From positions 32,001-96,000 of the forward strand of contig CAYLJV010000002.1 of NCBI GenBank assembly GCA_964384105.1: 64,000 nt of DNA, read 5' to 3'. Under the pieces are notes generated by a model. The model saw only the letters and a list, made by a program, of their open reading frames with translations. It did not search any database and was not told where the DNA came from. The stretch is from Candidatus Hadarchaeota archaeon (GTDB taxonomy: Archaea > Hadarchaeota > Hadarchaeia > Hadarchaeales > JAGGTB01). Shown here piece by piece: positions 9,931-20,407 of the stretch. How positions within the stretch are numbered: the first letter of the stretch is position 1; the number at the start of each line of letters is the position of its first letter. The position numbers and the translations under genes are program-made.

Positions 9931-11184
9931 TTATTCTCCTGATTTCTCCAATATCCGGCTTTCTAATAATTCGCAATAATCTCTGATTTCTGATGGGGAA
10001 AGGTTCGCGGTGACCACAGTCACTGAGACGTTCTTAACCCTCAAAGTGGCTATCCGAGTATAAGTAGAACCATCTTCAATATCTATTGCCTTCGAAGCCA
10101 CTATTTCATCTCCATAGCTGCGAAAATCGGTATTCTCAACTGTGGTATCATCATAGCTATCAAAATCATTCGACCAATGGGCGTGTGAGCGATAAAGAAC
10201 ATCTTGAGCGTCCTCTATCGAGGAACATACGAAGTCCATAAAGGTCGTAAGCTTGTCTTCTGTGGGATGCTCCCATAAGCGGAACGCAGCACTTTCAAAA
10301 GGAACACCATCAAATTCCGACTGTTCCTCCTCCCAGCCAGCTTCAGTATCTTCCACAAAATCATTGGGTACGTCTTCCGCAGTGAGCAGATCGGACGCCG
10401 GGTCAAGAGAAATCAGACTTTCTGTAACTGAAAATGTGGCTGTCTCAACAAGCTCTCCATCCAAGAAAAATCTTACTTCATAATCACCAGTAGGCCATCC
10501 TTCGTAAGGCTTAGTGTAACGGACACGACCTGGACCAGTATAAAAATCATTAATTGGAATAGGTTCGGAAATAACTTTTTGATCGTTATCTACATAATAA
10601 AGCTCGGTTTCTATCTCAGTGTCGGGGAGTGCGTTTGATATCTCACATGTAGCATAGAAAACCTCTGTATCAGGGTTGAACTCATTAACTACCTTCACAG
10701 GTCTTCCCTCATCGTCAAGCTCTTCAGCCATTGCTACGTCGCTGATGTTGGCTTCTTCTTCCGCTTCCACAGAAAATGTGGTCGTGTCAACATGTTCATC
10801 ATTCAGGAAGAACCTTACTTCGTAATCCCCAGCTGGCCACCATCCTTGATCAGGTTCATAGCTGAAAGATAGTGAACCGGATCCTCCCTCAACATCATCG
10901 CTTATGGTGGTAAACTGTTCATTTTCATTCAAGTAGTACCATTCAGTTTTTATCTCGGTGTCCGAAGGTACGTTCGACACTTCACATGTTGCATAGATCA
11001 CTTCGGTAGTAGTACTGAATTCTTCTACAACCTCCACCGGCCTGTAATCATTATCTACTTGTTCAGCCACCGCAGTATCGCTAAGGCTAGCGGTTGAAAA
11101 ATTGAAACTCCCCATTAGGGCAACAATTCCTACAATCGCAATAATTATTACTACTACTGTTACTAACAGATGCTTTTTCTTCAT
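9931..11184 (-). CDS. membrane-anchored acidic surface protein with two tandem Ig-like repeats
   Basis: N-terminal TM; duplicated domain ...YATCE(V/I)SN...WP(A/T)GDYEVRFFL...TFSV. Confidence 0.8.
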   Translation of the reverse strand: MKKKHLLVTVVVIIIAIVGIVALMGSFNFSTASLSDTAVAEQVDNDYRPVEVVEEFSTTTEVIYATCEVSNVPSDTEIKTEWYYLNENEQFTTISDDVEGGSGSLSFSYEPDQGWWPAGDYEVRFFLNDEHVDTTTFSVEAEEEANISDVAMAEELDDEGRPVKVVNEFNPDTEVFYATCEISNALPDTEIETELYYVDNDQKVISEPIPINDFYTGPGRVRYTKPYEGWPTGDYEVRFFLDGELVETATFSVTESLISLDPASDLLTAEDVPNDFVEDTEAGWEEEQSEFDGVPFESAAFRLWEHPTEDKLTTFMDFVCSSIEDAQDVLYRSHAHWSNDFDSYDDTTVENTDFRSYGDEIVASKAIDIEDGSTYTRIATLRVKNVSVTVVTANLSPSEIRDYCELLESRILEKSGE

Positions 11185-11277
11185 TTTGGCTTCGTTTCAA
11201 GTACGAAAATCGACTTAAAAATCTTTAATAAAACGAATAAGAATTCAAATTCTCATGGAAAAACGTGAAATTACCAT

Positions 11278-12438
11278 CTAGAGAGCTTCCTCGTAGATCA
11301 GCACGAGCCTCCTAGCAATTCTATCCCACCTGAACTCTCTAAGTTTCTTCTTTCCTCTCCTGCCCAGTCTTCTAATTAAGTTAGGATCATCGAGGGCGAA
11401 ATTATTTCCCCAGGCAAGCGGCTGGGGATTGGGCCTTGTCTTTATGCCATCGACAAAATTGTCTATGTTCTCTCCCAAACCACCAACGTTAGAAGCAACA
11501 ACCGCATTTCCGGCGGCCCACGCCTCAAACAAGACCAGACCAAATGGCTCATTCCTGCTGGGGATGCAGACAACGTCGCTGGCATTGAGAAGATCAACCT
11601 TCTCTTCCTCCGAAACATAACCAGTCATTCGAACCTTATCTGAAACCCCGAGGCCTCTGATCTTATTTTCGACGTACTCTTTCATTCCCCCTTTTCCAAC
11701 CATTAAGAAATTTGTATCTTCATTATAATCCAAGATATGAGGCATAGCCTCAACCAAAACATCGGGTCCCTTCTGGTACTCCATCCTACCAAGAAACATG
11801 ACCAGAGGGTCCGTCTCATCGAACCCGTACTCCTCCTTTATAGTACCAGGATCAATATCCTTCTCAAGATTTTGGGCAAAGCTTCCATTGGGAACCACGT
11901 GAACTTTTTCCGAGGGGAATTCATAGAGACTCTCCAACTCCTGCTTCATGGCTCCCGAAACGGTAACGACCTTGTCTGCGACAGAACCCGCCAACTTTTC
12001 CTTCTCAACTATATTCTTCGAAATGTCGCTAACTATCTCCCCGACTCTGCCATGCTCCGTTGAGTGAAAACTCATGATAGTCGGGTGCTCCTTGAGCCTT
12101 TCCAAAGCATCTACTACCATCCAGTCGTGACCATGAATAACGTCAAATCTTCCGTGTTTTCGCTCCTCTCTTTTCAAGTACTCTACCAACGACTTGCACA
12201 TTTTCTCCGAATGATCAAGTATACCCTCGCCGTGATCAAACTTGCATCTATGATAACAGACCCCATCGACCTCTTCGTACTCGGATTGATCGGTATCGGC
12301 CCTCGTAAAAACGTGGACCTCATGACTGTTTTCCGCAAGTCCCTCGGACATACCAGTAACGGCCTGAGCAAGCCCCCCTACTTTTATCGAGTGTAGGGAC
12401 TCCCAAGATAGCATTCCAATTTTCAGAGTTTCAACCAA
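11278..12438 (-). CDS. GT4 family glycosyltransferase
   Basis: VGGLA, HGHDW, GRMEYQKG, PSRNEPFGLVLFEA. Confidence 0.9.
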   Translation of the reverse strand: MVETLKIGMLSWESLHSIKVGGLAQAVTGMSEGLAENSHEVHVFTRADTDQSEYEEVDGVCYHRCKFDHGEGILDHSEKMCKSLVEYLKREERKHGRFDVIHGHDWMVVDALERLKEHPTIMSFHSTEHGRVGEIVSDISKNIVEKEKLAGSVADKVVTVSGAMKQELESLYEFPSEKVHVVPNGSFAQNLEKDIDPGTIKEEYGFDETDPLVMFLGRMEYQKGPDVLVEAMPHILDYNEDTNFLMVGKGGMKEYVENKIRGLGVSDKVRMTGYVSEEEKVDLLNASDVVCIPSRNEPFGLVLFEAWAAGNAVVASNVGGLGENIDNFVDGIKTRPNPQPLAWGNNFALDDPNLIRRLGRRGKKKLREFRWDRIARRLVLIYEEAL

Positions 12439-12527
12439 ATTAATTCCCTCTTAATATTATTCTCATCTAATTCTAATAACCGATAGGGAAGAAAGAAAAT
12501 CTTTTGAAAACTCCCTATTAAGAAAAA

Positions 12528-13010
12528 TTAATCTTTTTGATCTTCCCAGAAAGCCCTTACTACATCATCTCTCGTAACGAGGCCAAGTAGCTTTTTGTTC
12601 TCGTCGACAACTGGAACTCTGTTTATCTCATGTTTGTTCATTATCCTCGCGATCTCACCAAGTCCAGTCTTCGGAGAGGCCGTGAAAACTTTCTTGGTCA
12701 TCACGTTTTCGACCTTCTTGTTTCTTATCTCCTTGACTGCTTCAACTACATTCTTGAGATCGTAATCGTCAACCGCTAGGTCCAACGTCAGTGGTAAATG
12801 ATGTCTCAGTGGCGCCATCATATTCGGATGTTTCTCTCCAAGCTTTATGATATCGTGCTCGCTGATGATACCCACGACCTTCCCATTCTCATCCACTACC
12901 GGTGCACCACTTATACCATGCTCTGAGAAAGTTTTGGAAACCTTAAAAAGTTCGTCATCTGGTCTGAAGGTCACGACATTCCGGATCATAATCTCTTCTG
13001 CCACTGGCAT
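12528..13010 (-). CDS. CBS domain pair protein
   Basis: ISGAPVVD, INRVPVVD. Confidence 0.9.
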   Translation of the reverse strand: MPVAEEIMIRNVVTFRPDDELFKVSKTFSEHGISGAPVVDENGKVVGIISEHDIIKLGEKHPNMMAPLRHHLPLTLDLAVDDYDLKNVVEAVKEIRNKKVENVMTKKVFTASPKTGLGEIARIMNKHEINRVPVVDENKKLLGLVTRDDVVRAFWEDQKD

Positions 13011-13486
13011 TAGGTGCCACTCTCCATTATAGCTCTGATGACATCTGCACGAGCGACTATCCCCACTAACATTCCATCATCATTTACTACTGGGATATGA
13101 TTCACCTTTTTGAGTTCCATAGCCTCCGAAGCCACAGAAGCTTCATCTTCCGGATGGACAACAACAACATCTTTGGTCATTACATCCTTCACTTTTCCTT
13201 CTTGAACCTCCTTTAGGAATTCGCCGGCTTCTTTCATGTCTTTCTCGAAAGCCCATCTATCCCCATATCCAGGAAACCAAGTAAGAAGCTCCGTACTCAA
13301 TTCATCGTGATATTCAAGTACATCGAGCAAATCTGACTCGGAAACTATACCTAAAAGTGTCCCCTCGTCATCGACAACAGGACCGGCACTGATTTTGTTT
13401 TCCACAAAAGTTCTAGCCACAGAAGCGAGAGAATCATCAGGTTTGAAACTGATCACATCTTTAGTCATAATGTCTTTAACTAGCAA
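13010..13486 (-). CDS. CBS domain pair protein (tandem paralogue)
   Basis: ISAGPVVD, VNHIPVV; stop/start overlap with the next gene. Confidence 0.9.
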   Translation of the reverse strand: MLVKDIMTKDVISFKPDDSLASVARTFVENKISAGPVVDDEGTLLGIVSESDLLDVLEYHDELSTELLTWFPGYGDRWAFEKDMKEAGEFLKEVQEGKVKDVMTKDVVVVHPEDEASVASEAMELKKVNHIPVVNDDGMLVGIVARADVIRAIMESGT

Positions 13487-13621
13487 AAAATTCCCCAGTA
13501 CTAATTCGTTGCAATAGTCCTAAAAAGATTTTGAAACAAATCAGAACTAAACGGCTTTCGGTAATAAGAATTAAAAAACTTAAAGTTTATCTCATTGGCC
13601 TTAAACTCTGAAAACCGAATT

Positions 13622-14059
13622 TTACTCCTTAACGTATCTGATTCCTTCCGGTTCACTATACTTCATTTTGATAACAATAGTATTCGAAAGTCTATTAAAC
13701 AATCTTAGTTTCTCACCCGACATAGCTAGCCAACCGACTAAACAATCTATTGGAAGTATGAATGCCTTTCCAAAGCTTTCTACAGCAGCCTTCTCAAGAT
13801 CTATTTCATCACCTTTTCTGTCCGTCACCTTCAGGTTCAGTGCCATTTTACCTATGGACTGGCCGGTATAACCCTCGAGAAGGGTCCAATAAATAAACAG
13901 AACAACTCCGTCGATACCAAAACTCCACAAATTTGGTATACCAAAGCTCCAGAAGCTCAATGGTTTCAAAAATAAATTCAAAACAGCAGCAACGATAATA
14001 ACATCAATGAGCCAAGCCCAAAATCTACTGTCCCAAGAAGCTAAGTTAACAGTCCTCAT
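13622..14059 (-). CDS. RDD family membrane protein
   Basis: RFWAWLID, GQSIGK motifs. Confidence 0.85.
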   Translation of the reverse strand: MRTVNLASWDSRFWAWLIDVIIVAAVLNLFLKPLSFWSFGIPNLWSFGIDGVVLFIYWTLLEGYTGQSIGKMALNLKVTDRKGDEIDLEKAAVESFGKAFILPIDCLVGWLAMSGEKLRLFNRLSNTIVIKMKYSEPEGIRYVKE

Positions 14060-14284
14060 TGTAAAACCCGTATAGTGATCGATGGAATACCCTAAAATTC
14101 TTCCTAACTTTAATATGCATCAATTATAATCTCTGCTCTACCAGCTCGAAATACTTCAAAAAGAATTTCAAAAGCTTGAATATTCACTTAACCCACAATT
14201 TTTCTAATAACGGTGTTATTCATTAATAAAGAATGTTTTTAAAATACTTATCCGATAACTTGAAAGAACTAAGAGGGATTAAAA

Positions 14285-15790
14285 ATAGGAGAGAAAGTTA
14301 GTAAATCTGTTTCAGAAATAAATGAACGCATAAAGAACGGCGAGGCGGTAGTAGTAACCGCCGAAGAGATGGTCGAGATAGTAAGAGAGAAAGGAGAGGC
14401 TCAAGCGGCAAAGGACGTGGACGTCGTAACTACCGGCACTTTCGGAGCGATGTGCAGCTCTGGTGCTTGGCTTAATCTGGGTCATGCAGATCCACCAATC
14501 AAACTTAATCAGCTCTGGCTAAATGATGTGGAAGCTTATACCGGAGTCGCTGCAGTGGACGCATACATCGGTGCCACCAAGCTCAGCGAAGAGAAAGGCC
14601 TTGATTACGGAGGAGGAAACGTCATAGAAGATATAGTTCGAGGAAAAGAAATTGAAGTTAAAGGGAAGGGTTTCGTAACCGACTGCTATCCTCGAAGAAA
14701 TATAAAAACAACTTTAACTAAGAACGATTTCAATCAAGCAATTCTCCATAACCCGCGAAATGCCTACCAAAAATACAATGCCGCATCAAATTCTCAAGAG
14801 GAGGCTATTTACACTTACATGGGAACTCTCTTACCCAACTATAGTAACATCACTTTCTCTGGATCTGGGGTATTAAGTCCCCTTAATAACGATCCTAATT
14901 ACGAAACAATCGGGCCCGGAACGAGGATATTCCTTGGAGGTACCCAAGGCTACGTATGCTGGGAAGGAACACAACATAATCCAACCCAAGGATTTGGAAC
15001 TATAGCAGTCCAAGGAAACCTCAAAGAAATGAACTCCGATTATATCCGAGGAGCAAATATCAGAGGATATGGAGTCTCACTCTACGTGGGAATTGGAATT
15101 CCAATTCCTGTCCTAAATGAAAGGATCGCCAGAACCACAGGTATCGGAGATGAAGATATAATAACAGAAATCGTGGATTACGGTATCCCCAGCAGAAATA
15201 GACCCGGTCTCAAAAAAGTATCCTATGCCGAGCTGAAATCCGGGAGTGTAGAACTCGAAGGAGAAGAAAGGCCCGTTAGCCCTCTAAGTAGTATAAAACG
15301 AGCTAGAGAGATTTCGGAGAAGTTAAAAAAATGGATCAAAAAAGGCGATTTCCTAATTTCCACCCCCAACGAGAGACTATCCAGAAAAAGAAGGTTCAAG
15401 CCGATGAAACAGACCTCAAAAATGCCAACTGCAAAGAATTTGATGACCAAAGAAGTCATAACTGGAAGACCCGAAGACTCCATAAAACATGCAGCTAGAA
15501 TTCTCGCTGAGAAAGGAATAGATCACCTCCCAGTTGTAGATGAACAAAAGAAACTAGTAGGAATAGTTACGTCTTGGGATATCGCAGTTGCCGTAGGTAA
15601 AGGAAAGAAGAAACTCTCCGAAATATTAACTTCTGAAGTTATAACAGCAAAAGAAGACGAACCTGTGGATTCGATAGCCAGAAAACTTCAGAAACATAAG
15701 ATATCAGGAGTTCCTGTAGTGAACAGTAAAAAGCAATTAAAGGGAATGCTCTCGGGAGAGGACCTATCAAAGCTTATTGGGGAGAGATAA
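14285..15790 (+). CDS. L-aspartate semialdehyde sulfurtransferase (DUF39/COG1900 + CBS; MA1821/MJ0100-like, homocysteine synthesis)
   Basis: VDVVTTGTFGAMCSSGA, AAVDAYIGA, C-terminal CBS pair; the family-typical N-terminus EINERIKNGEAVVVTAEE lies upstream of ATG 14369, implying an ATA start at 14285. Confidence 0.9.
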   Translation: MGEKVSKSVSEINERIKNGEAVVVTAEEMVEIVREKGEAQAAKDVDVVTTGTFGAMCSSGAWLNLGHADPPIKLNQLWLNDVEAYTGVAAVDAYIGATKLSEEKGLDYGGGNVIEDIVRGKEIEVKGKGFVTDCYPRRNIKTTLTKNDFNQAILHNPRNAYQKYNAASNSQEEAIYTYMGTLLPNYSNITFSGSGVLSPLNNDPNYETIGPGTRIFLGGTQGYVCWEGTQHNPTQGFGTIAVQGNLKEMNSDYIRGANIRGYGVSLYVGIGIPIPVLNERIARTTGIGDEDIITEIVDYGIPSRNRPGLKKVSYAELKSGSVELEGEERPVSPLSSIKRAREISEKLKKWIKKGDFLISTPNERLSRKRRFKPMKQTSKMPTAKNLMTKEVITGRPEDSIKHAARILAEKGIDHLPVVDEQKKLVGIVTSWDIAVAVGKGKKKLSEILTSEVITAKEDEPVDSIARKLQKHKISGVPVVNSKKQLKGMLSGEDLSKLIGER

Positions 15791-16194
15791 TGAAGAAAAA
15801 AGTTCTATTAAAATACTCTAGAAACAAAGCGGAACGACCGATACTAGCAACCGTAATTAGAAGAACCGACATCCCCCTGAACATACTCCACGCTGACCTA
15901 AGCTCCGAAGGTGGAGAGATATTTATTGAAATGGATGGTCCAGAGGAAAATGTAGAGAAGGCTATAGAACTTCTAAGAGACAGCGGAGTAGAAGTTAAAG
16001 AGGTCAAACACGCCATCAGCCTCGACGAAGAATCTTGTGTTGAATGCGGTGCCTGCATCTCCCTCTGCCCAACAGAAGCTCTAAGACTCGAGGATGATTA
16101 CTCGATAGTACTAGAAGAAGATAAGTGCGTTTACTGCAAGGAATGCGTACCCGCCTGCCCCGTCAAGGCCCTGAAAGTAAAGGATCTAGGCTGA
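15790..16194 (+). CDS. NIL domain + 2x[4Fe-4S] ferredoxin (MA1822-like partner)
   Basis: LNILHA; CVECGACISLCP; CVYCKECVPACP. Confidence 0.9.
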   Translation: MKKKVLLKYSRNKAERPILATVIRRTDIPLNILHADLSSEGGEIFIEMDGPEENVEKAIELLRDSGVEVKEVKHAISLDEESCVECGACISLCPTEALRLEDDYSIVLEEDKCVYCKECVPACPVKALKVKDLG

Positions 16195-16200
16195 CCGAAA

Positions 16201-16959
16201 ATGCAGGAGAAAGAGTGGTCATACAAAGAAACTTTATTAAGAATCAAATCCGACAGCGAGAGATCGATTCAAGAAGCTATCAAAGCAACAATCGAAGCTA
16301 GAAAACATTTAGGGGTATTTATTTCAGAATTCCCAGAATTTAGAACCTCTTTAGAACCCCTGAATATGGAAAGGGAAGAATACCCAAAAATAATAGATTT
16401 AATGCTGAGAGCAGGAGAAATAGCCGAAATAGGACCCTTCGCTGCAGTTGCTGGAACGATTTCGCAGATAGCAGCTGAAAAGGGGATTCAAAAAGGCGCA
16501 GATAATATTCTAGTCGATAACGGCGGAGACATAGCACTAATAGGAAAAAAAGCATTTAAGGTGGGAATTTACGCAGGAGATTCCAAAATATCTGGTAGAT
16601 TACTACTATCAATAAAAGGCGAAGAACTTCCCGCGGGAATATGCACAAGTTCGAGTTCAGTAGGACATTCGATGAGTTTTGGAAATGCCGATGCAGTAGT
16701 TGTGATTTCGGATGAAGCCTCGATCTCTGACGCTGGTGCAACAAGCATAGCAAACGAAGTTACAGGAAAGAAAGTAGAATTTTCTGTAAAAAAAGGGTTA
16801 GATAGAGCCGATGACATCCCAGAGATAAGAGGATGCCTAATTATTAGAGGGGATTATGTAGGAACTGTGGGAAAACTACCCAATATAAATCTGCTAGACG
16901 GTGAAGAAAAAGCTGAACCACCAGAGCTAACCGGCTCAAATAGAACTCTAGTCAGATAA
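16201..16959 (+). CDS. UPF0280 ApbE-like protein (COG2122)
   Basis: GPFAAVAGTI, DNGGDI, GICTSS, GHSMSFG.ADAV. Confidence 0.9.
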   Translation: MQEKEWSYKETLLRIKSDSERSIQEAIKATIEARKHLGVFISEFPEFRTSLEPLNMEREEYPKIIDLMLRAGEIAEIGPFAAVAGTISQIAAEKGIQKGADNILVDNGGDIALIGKKAFKVGIYAGDSKISGRLLLSIKGEELPAGICTSSSSVGHSMSFGNADAVVVISDEASISDAGATSIANEVTGKKVEFSVKKGLDRADDIPEIRGCLIIRGDYVGTVGKLPNINLLDGEEKAEPPELTGSNRTLVR

Positions 16960-16980
16960 TATCCTTTTATCTCCTCAAAA

Positions 16981-17625
16981 TCAGAAACCGAAACCAGTGA
17001 ACCTTCCTTTACCCCTCAGAATATCCAAAAAAATGCCACTTTTAATCTCTCTGGAAACTTCCCTAACTTCGTAGCTCACATTATCCAAAAAGTTGACTTC
17101 TTTTTCGTATCCCTCAGTAGACTCTTCTACGTACCTCTCCTCTGTAACTGTTTTAACAGGAGGATCTACGTAGACATCTTCCCAACCGTAAAAGTTAGCA
17201 TCGGAAACTCCCACATCGGAAGGAGTAAGGTAAAGATACTCAGTACTATCTCTCTCTACATATATCGAGGTCCCGTAATTATCTTCATTTAATCCACCGC
17301 CAGTCATATAATTGTAATCTACTTGAATATCGAAAGTCCCTTCATTCCATTCCTCCAGGTTAGAAACCCATATCTCTATATCTCCCCCTATATCTCCTGT
17401 TCTATCGGACTCCATCTCGTAATCGAACGGCTTTTCATATCGAAATTCAACCATTTTTCCTACAAAAGGACTAGGAAAAGAAACGGTCCTCTCTACGAGC
17501 ACTTCATCTGTTACGGTGCGGTTATTTATCGTCACGGTTTCGTAAGTTACCGGTAACATTACGAAGATAGCGCCTATTATAACAGGAATTAATACGCCTA
17601 TAGCAAGAGATTTGGCCTCAACCAT
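16981..17625 (-). CDS. hypothetical membrane-anchored protein
   Basis: N-terminal TM, acidic domain. Confidence 0.7.
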   Translation of the reverse strand: MVEAKSLAIGVLIPVIIGAIFVMLPVTYETVTINNRTVTDEVLVERTVSFPSPFVGKMVEFRYEKPFDYEMESDRTGDIGGDIEIWVSNLEEWNEGTFDIQVDYNYMTGGGLNEDNYGTSIYVERDSTEYLYLTPSDVGVSDANFYGWEDVYVDPPVKTVTEERYVEESTEGYEKEVNFLDNVSYEVREVSREIKSGIFLDILRGKGRFTGFGF

Positions 17626-17726
17626 TAGATCACTGTAGTTAGTAAGGTGTTTTTAGTAAATAAATTCCTAAGAAAAAACCTAATTTCGAAAATTTTTCAT
17701 GTCCTGCTTTTTAAGTGAATTAATCT

Positions 17727-18029
17727 CTACCTTTCAAAAGCCTTGCTAGCGGCAAAGAGGCCCTGAAATCCACAGGTCCCTTCTACCACTTCGACCGTCT
17801 CCAATATCTCCTCCTCGGTAGCGCCCAATTCTCTTGCCCGCCTCGATAATGTCCTTACACCATCAATATCGCCGTTTCCAGCATCGAGAGCCATCGCTAT
17901 CAAAACCTTAGTTTTAGCTGTTAGCGCACCGTCGCTGAAGTTTTTCTTGTAGTTCTCAAGGAGATTGGAAGTATATTCGGGATCTTTCTCCTTCATTGTT
18001 TTCAAGAAATCAGGTACTTTTTCAGTAAT
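17727..18029 (-). CDS. carboxymuconolactone decarboxylase (CMD/AhpD-like) family protein
   Basis: GALTAKTKVLIAMAL, ARELGATEEEILE; AGGAGGTGA RBS points to ATT 18029 (track start 18005). Confidence 0.85.
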   Translation of the reverse strand: MTEKVPDFLKTMKEKDPEYTSNLLENYKKNFSDGALTAKTKVLIAMALDAGNGDIDGVRTLSRRARELGATEEEILETVEVVEGTCGFQGLFAASKAFER

Positions 18030-18155
18030 AGTAAATCACCTCCTATTTATCCTCATTAACCTAATCTATCCTTTAAAAGAACCAAGTCTTTAAAAAACAA
18101 AATTCTGTATTACTTTTATCTTTAAAATAGAGTAAATCAGCGACAAAATTAAAAA

Positions 18156-18677
18156 TTACATCAAATATCGATCCTTCTTCTTGTCCATATTCAAAAAAAC
18201 ATCTGCTTCCCTTACAAGTTCTTCTGCAGTAGACTTTCCGAAAGATATGATCTCAACCTGAATTCCTTTGGCTTGTAAGTGTTTAACGAGAGACACAAAA
18301 TCACCATCGCCGGAGACTAATACGACAACATCGATCTTGTCCGACATTCTTATCGCATCTATAGCGATACCCATGTCCCAGTCACCCTTCTTGGTCCCTC
18401 CGTAGAACTCCCTCAGTTCCTTTCTCTTAACTTTAAAGCCGATGTCCTCAATGGCCTCAAAAAAGTTTTCCTCATCAGGTGTGTGAGCTTCTATCACATA
18501 AGCTACCGCCCTAATAATTCTCCTGCCGTCTCTAGCAACTTTTAGAAGTTTTGCATAATCAACCTTAGAATCGTAGAGGTTTTTGGCAGAGTAATACATG
18601 TTCTGAACATCAACAAAGACTGCTACTCTTTGATCCCTAAATGAAGTTTTTCTAATAATACCACCTCTTCTAAACAA
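18156..18677 (-). CDS. NYN domain (LabA/DUF88) protein
   Basis: FVDVQN, KGDWDMGIAID, SGDGDF; the true start is probably ATT near 18656. Confidence 0.9.
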   Translation of the reverse strand: MFRRGGIIRKTSFRDQRVAVFVDVQNMYYSAKNLYDSKVDYAKLLKVARDGRRIIRAVAYVIEAHTPDEENFFEAIEDIGFKVKRKELREFYGGTKKGDWDMGIAIDAIRMSDKIDVVVLVSGDGDFVSLVKHLQAKGIQVEIISFGKSTAEELVREADVFLNMDKKKDRYLM

Positions 18678-18765
18678 ACTTGATTAAATATACTTAAAGA
18701 ATGAATCCATCTAAAAAAGAAATCTAATAAATTATAAGAAAATTTAACATTTTGAAGGGAATAAT

Positions 18766-19554
18766 TTACTTCGTCTTTTTCCCCATAAGCAGCCACTCAT
18801 CCGATAAGAAATATCTAAGAATAGGATAAAGAGGGTTCTTTTTTCTCGATCCATAGGACAAATACTTCTTATCCTCGATAATATCAAAGTCATTCTTTCT
18901 GCACAAATCTACAATCTTCGAGGTAGGAACTCCCCCGTTATCACCATTATGAATGTGAAAATCGCAATACTCTCTATCAATCCCATCCCCACCAGAATAA
19001 GGAGGTAGACCCAGTTCCAACCCCTCGTTCAGAAGATCACAAAACTTTATGTAAAATTTTACCCAACCGTTTTCCCTCTTTATCGGTTCGTGATCGATAT
19101 AAAGAACCCCGCCTTCCCTCAAAATCCGAGATATCTCTGAAATCGGCTCTGAAAAATTAGGAAGATGATGTAAAACAGAATATGAAGTTACAACATCAAA
19201 AGAACCTTCGGGAAAGGGAAGTTCAGAAGCCTTTCCTCTGACAAGACTCAGGTCATCTTCATTACAAGCATAGTTATCCCTAGCTCTCGAAAGCATTTCC
19301 CTCGAAAGGTCCACTCCCAATACTTCTCCAAATCGGGTTTGTAATTTTTTCAACATGTTTCCGGTCCCACAACCCACATCGAGAGCTCTCGCATCGGAAC
19401 TATCAATTTCTAAATAATTATTTACCTTATCCAAGTTTGACCTTATTCGCTTCTGCTCCCACTCGTTGTAAATCTCGTATTTATCGCTCTCGTAATTCTC
19501 GGCTTCCTTCTCGTGAGACCTAAGATTTTCCTTGACGACCTTAATTTTTGACAT
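18766..19554 (-). CDS. class I SAM-dependent methyltransferase
   Basis: ALDVGCGTG, GVDLS, LPFPEGSFD, ILREGG. Confidence 0.9.
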   Translation of the reverse strand: MSKIKVVKENLRSHEKEAENYESDKYEIYNEWEQKRIRSNLDKVNNYLEIDSSDARALDVGCGTGNMLKKLQTRFGEVLGVDLSREMLSRARDNYACNEDDLSLVRGKASELPFPEGSFDVVTSYSVLHHLPNFSEPISEISRILREGGVLYIDHEPIKRENGWVKFYIKFCDLLNEGLELGLPPYSGGDGIDREYCDFHIHNGDNGGVPTSKIVDLCRKNDFDIIEDKKYLSYGSRKKNPLYPILRYFLSDEWLLMGKKTK

Positions 19555-19639
19555 AAAATCATCGGGTAAAAAAACAAACTATTCTTTTAAAACTTGTGAA
19601 ATAGAAAGCACCAAAAATCAAAATGTATACTTTCCTAAC

Positions 19640-20386
19640 ATGACGATTATGAAAACTAAGAAAGTATTTATCGAAAACAAGGATGGAGAAAGAATTGCGG
19701 CAGTAATACACAATCCACTAAAAGAATCAAAAGCGACCATACTACTTCAGCATGGGCTTTATTCCAATAAGGAAGGAAGTTGGGAAAGAAGGGCAGATTA
19801 CTTCGCAAAAAATGGTTTCAAATCGGTGAGATTCGATAGAAGAGGATACGGTGAGTCTGATGGAGAGTTTCATGAATTCAATCTAACAACCGGGATAGAA
19901 GATTCGATTTCGGTGATGAACTTCCTAGAAGGTAAGGGGAATCAAAAATACGGGATTTTTGGTTCGAGTTTTGGTGGGCTAATAGCCATACATGCAGCTT
20001 CTAAAGATAAAAGAATAAAGACTCTAGCTTTGAGGGCCCCAGTCACTTATCATGAAAGTGTTTTTTCTAATTTAAAAGAAGAAATAGAGGAAAAAGGAAA
20101 AATAAAACCAGAAGAAATGCCAGGAGCATATATAAAAAAGAGCTTCTTCACAGATTTAGACTCATATGACACTGAAAAAGCCGCAAAAAACATAGAAGTA
20201 CCCACCATCATCTTTCACGGGGAAAATGATAGTGTCGTACCCATAGAAGGATCGAAGCGTTTCTATGAGTTGATAGACACCAAGAAAAAATTTGAAAAGT
20301 TTACTAAAGAAGGACACATATTCTCAGAAAGAAAAGATAAGGTTGCGCTAGAAAAATCGGCTAGATGGTTTTTGCAAAACCTATAG
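19640..20386 (+). CDS. alpha/beta hydrolase
   Basis: HG, DRRGYGES, GSSFGG nucleophile elbow, HGENDSVVP, GH. Confidence 0.9.
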   Translation: MTIMKTKKVFIENKDGERIAAVIHNPLKESKATILLQHGLYSNKEGSWERRADYFAKNGFKSVRFDRRGYGESDGEFHEFNLTTGIEDSISVMNFLEGKGNQKYGIFGSSFGGLIAIHAASKDKRIKTLALRAPVTYHESVFSNLKEEIEEKGKIKPEEMPGAYIKKSFFTDLDSYDTEKAAKNIEVPTIIFHGENDSVVPIEGSKRFYELIDTKKKFEKFTKEGHIFSERKDKVALEKSARWFLQNL

Positions 20387-20407
20387 GGTTTACACTGTTA
20401 GACCGAC

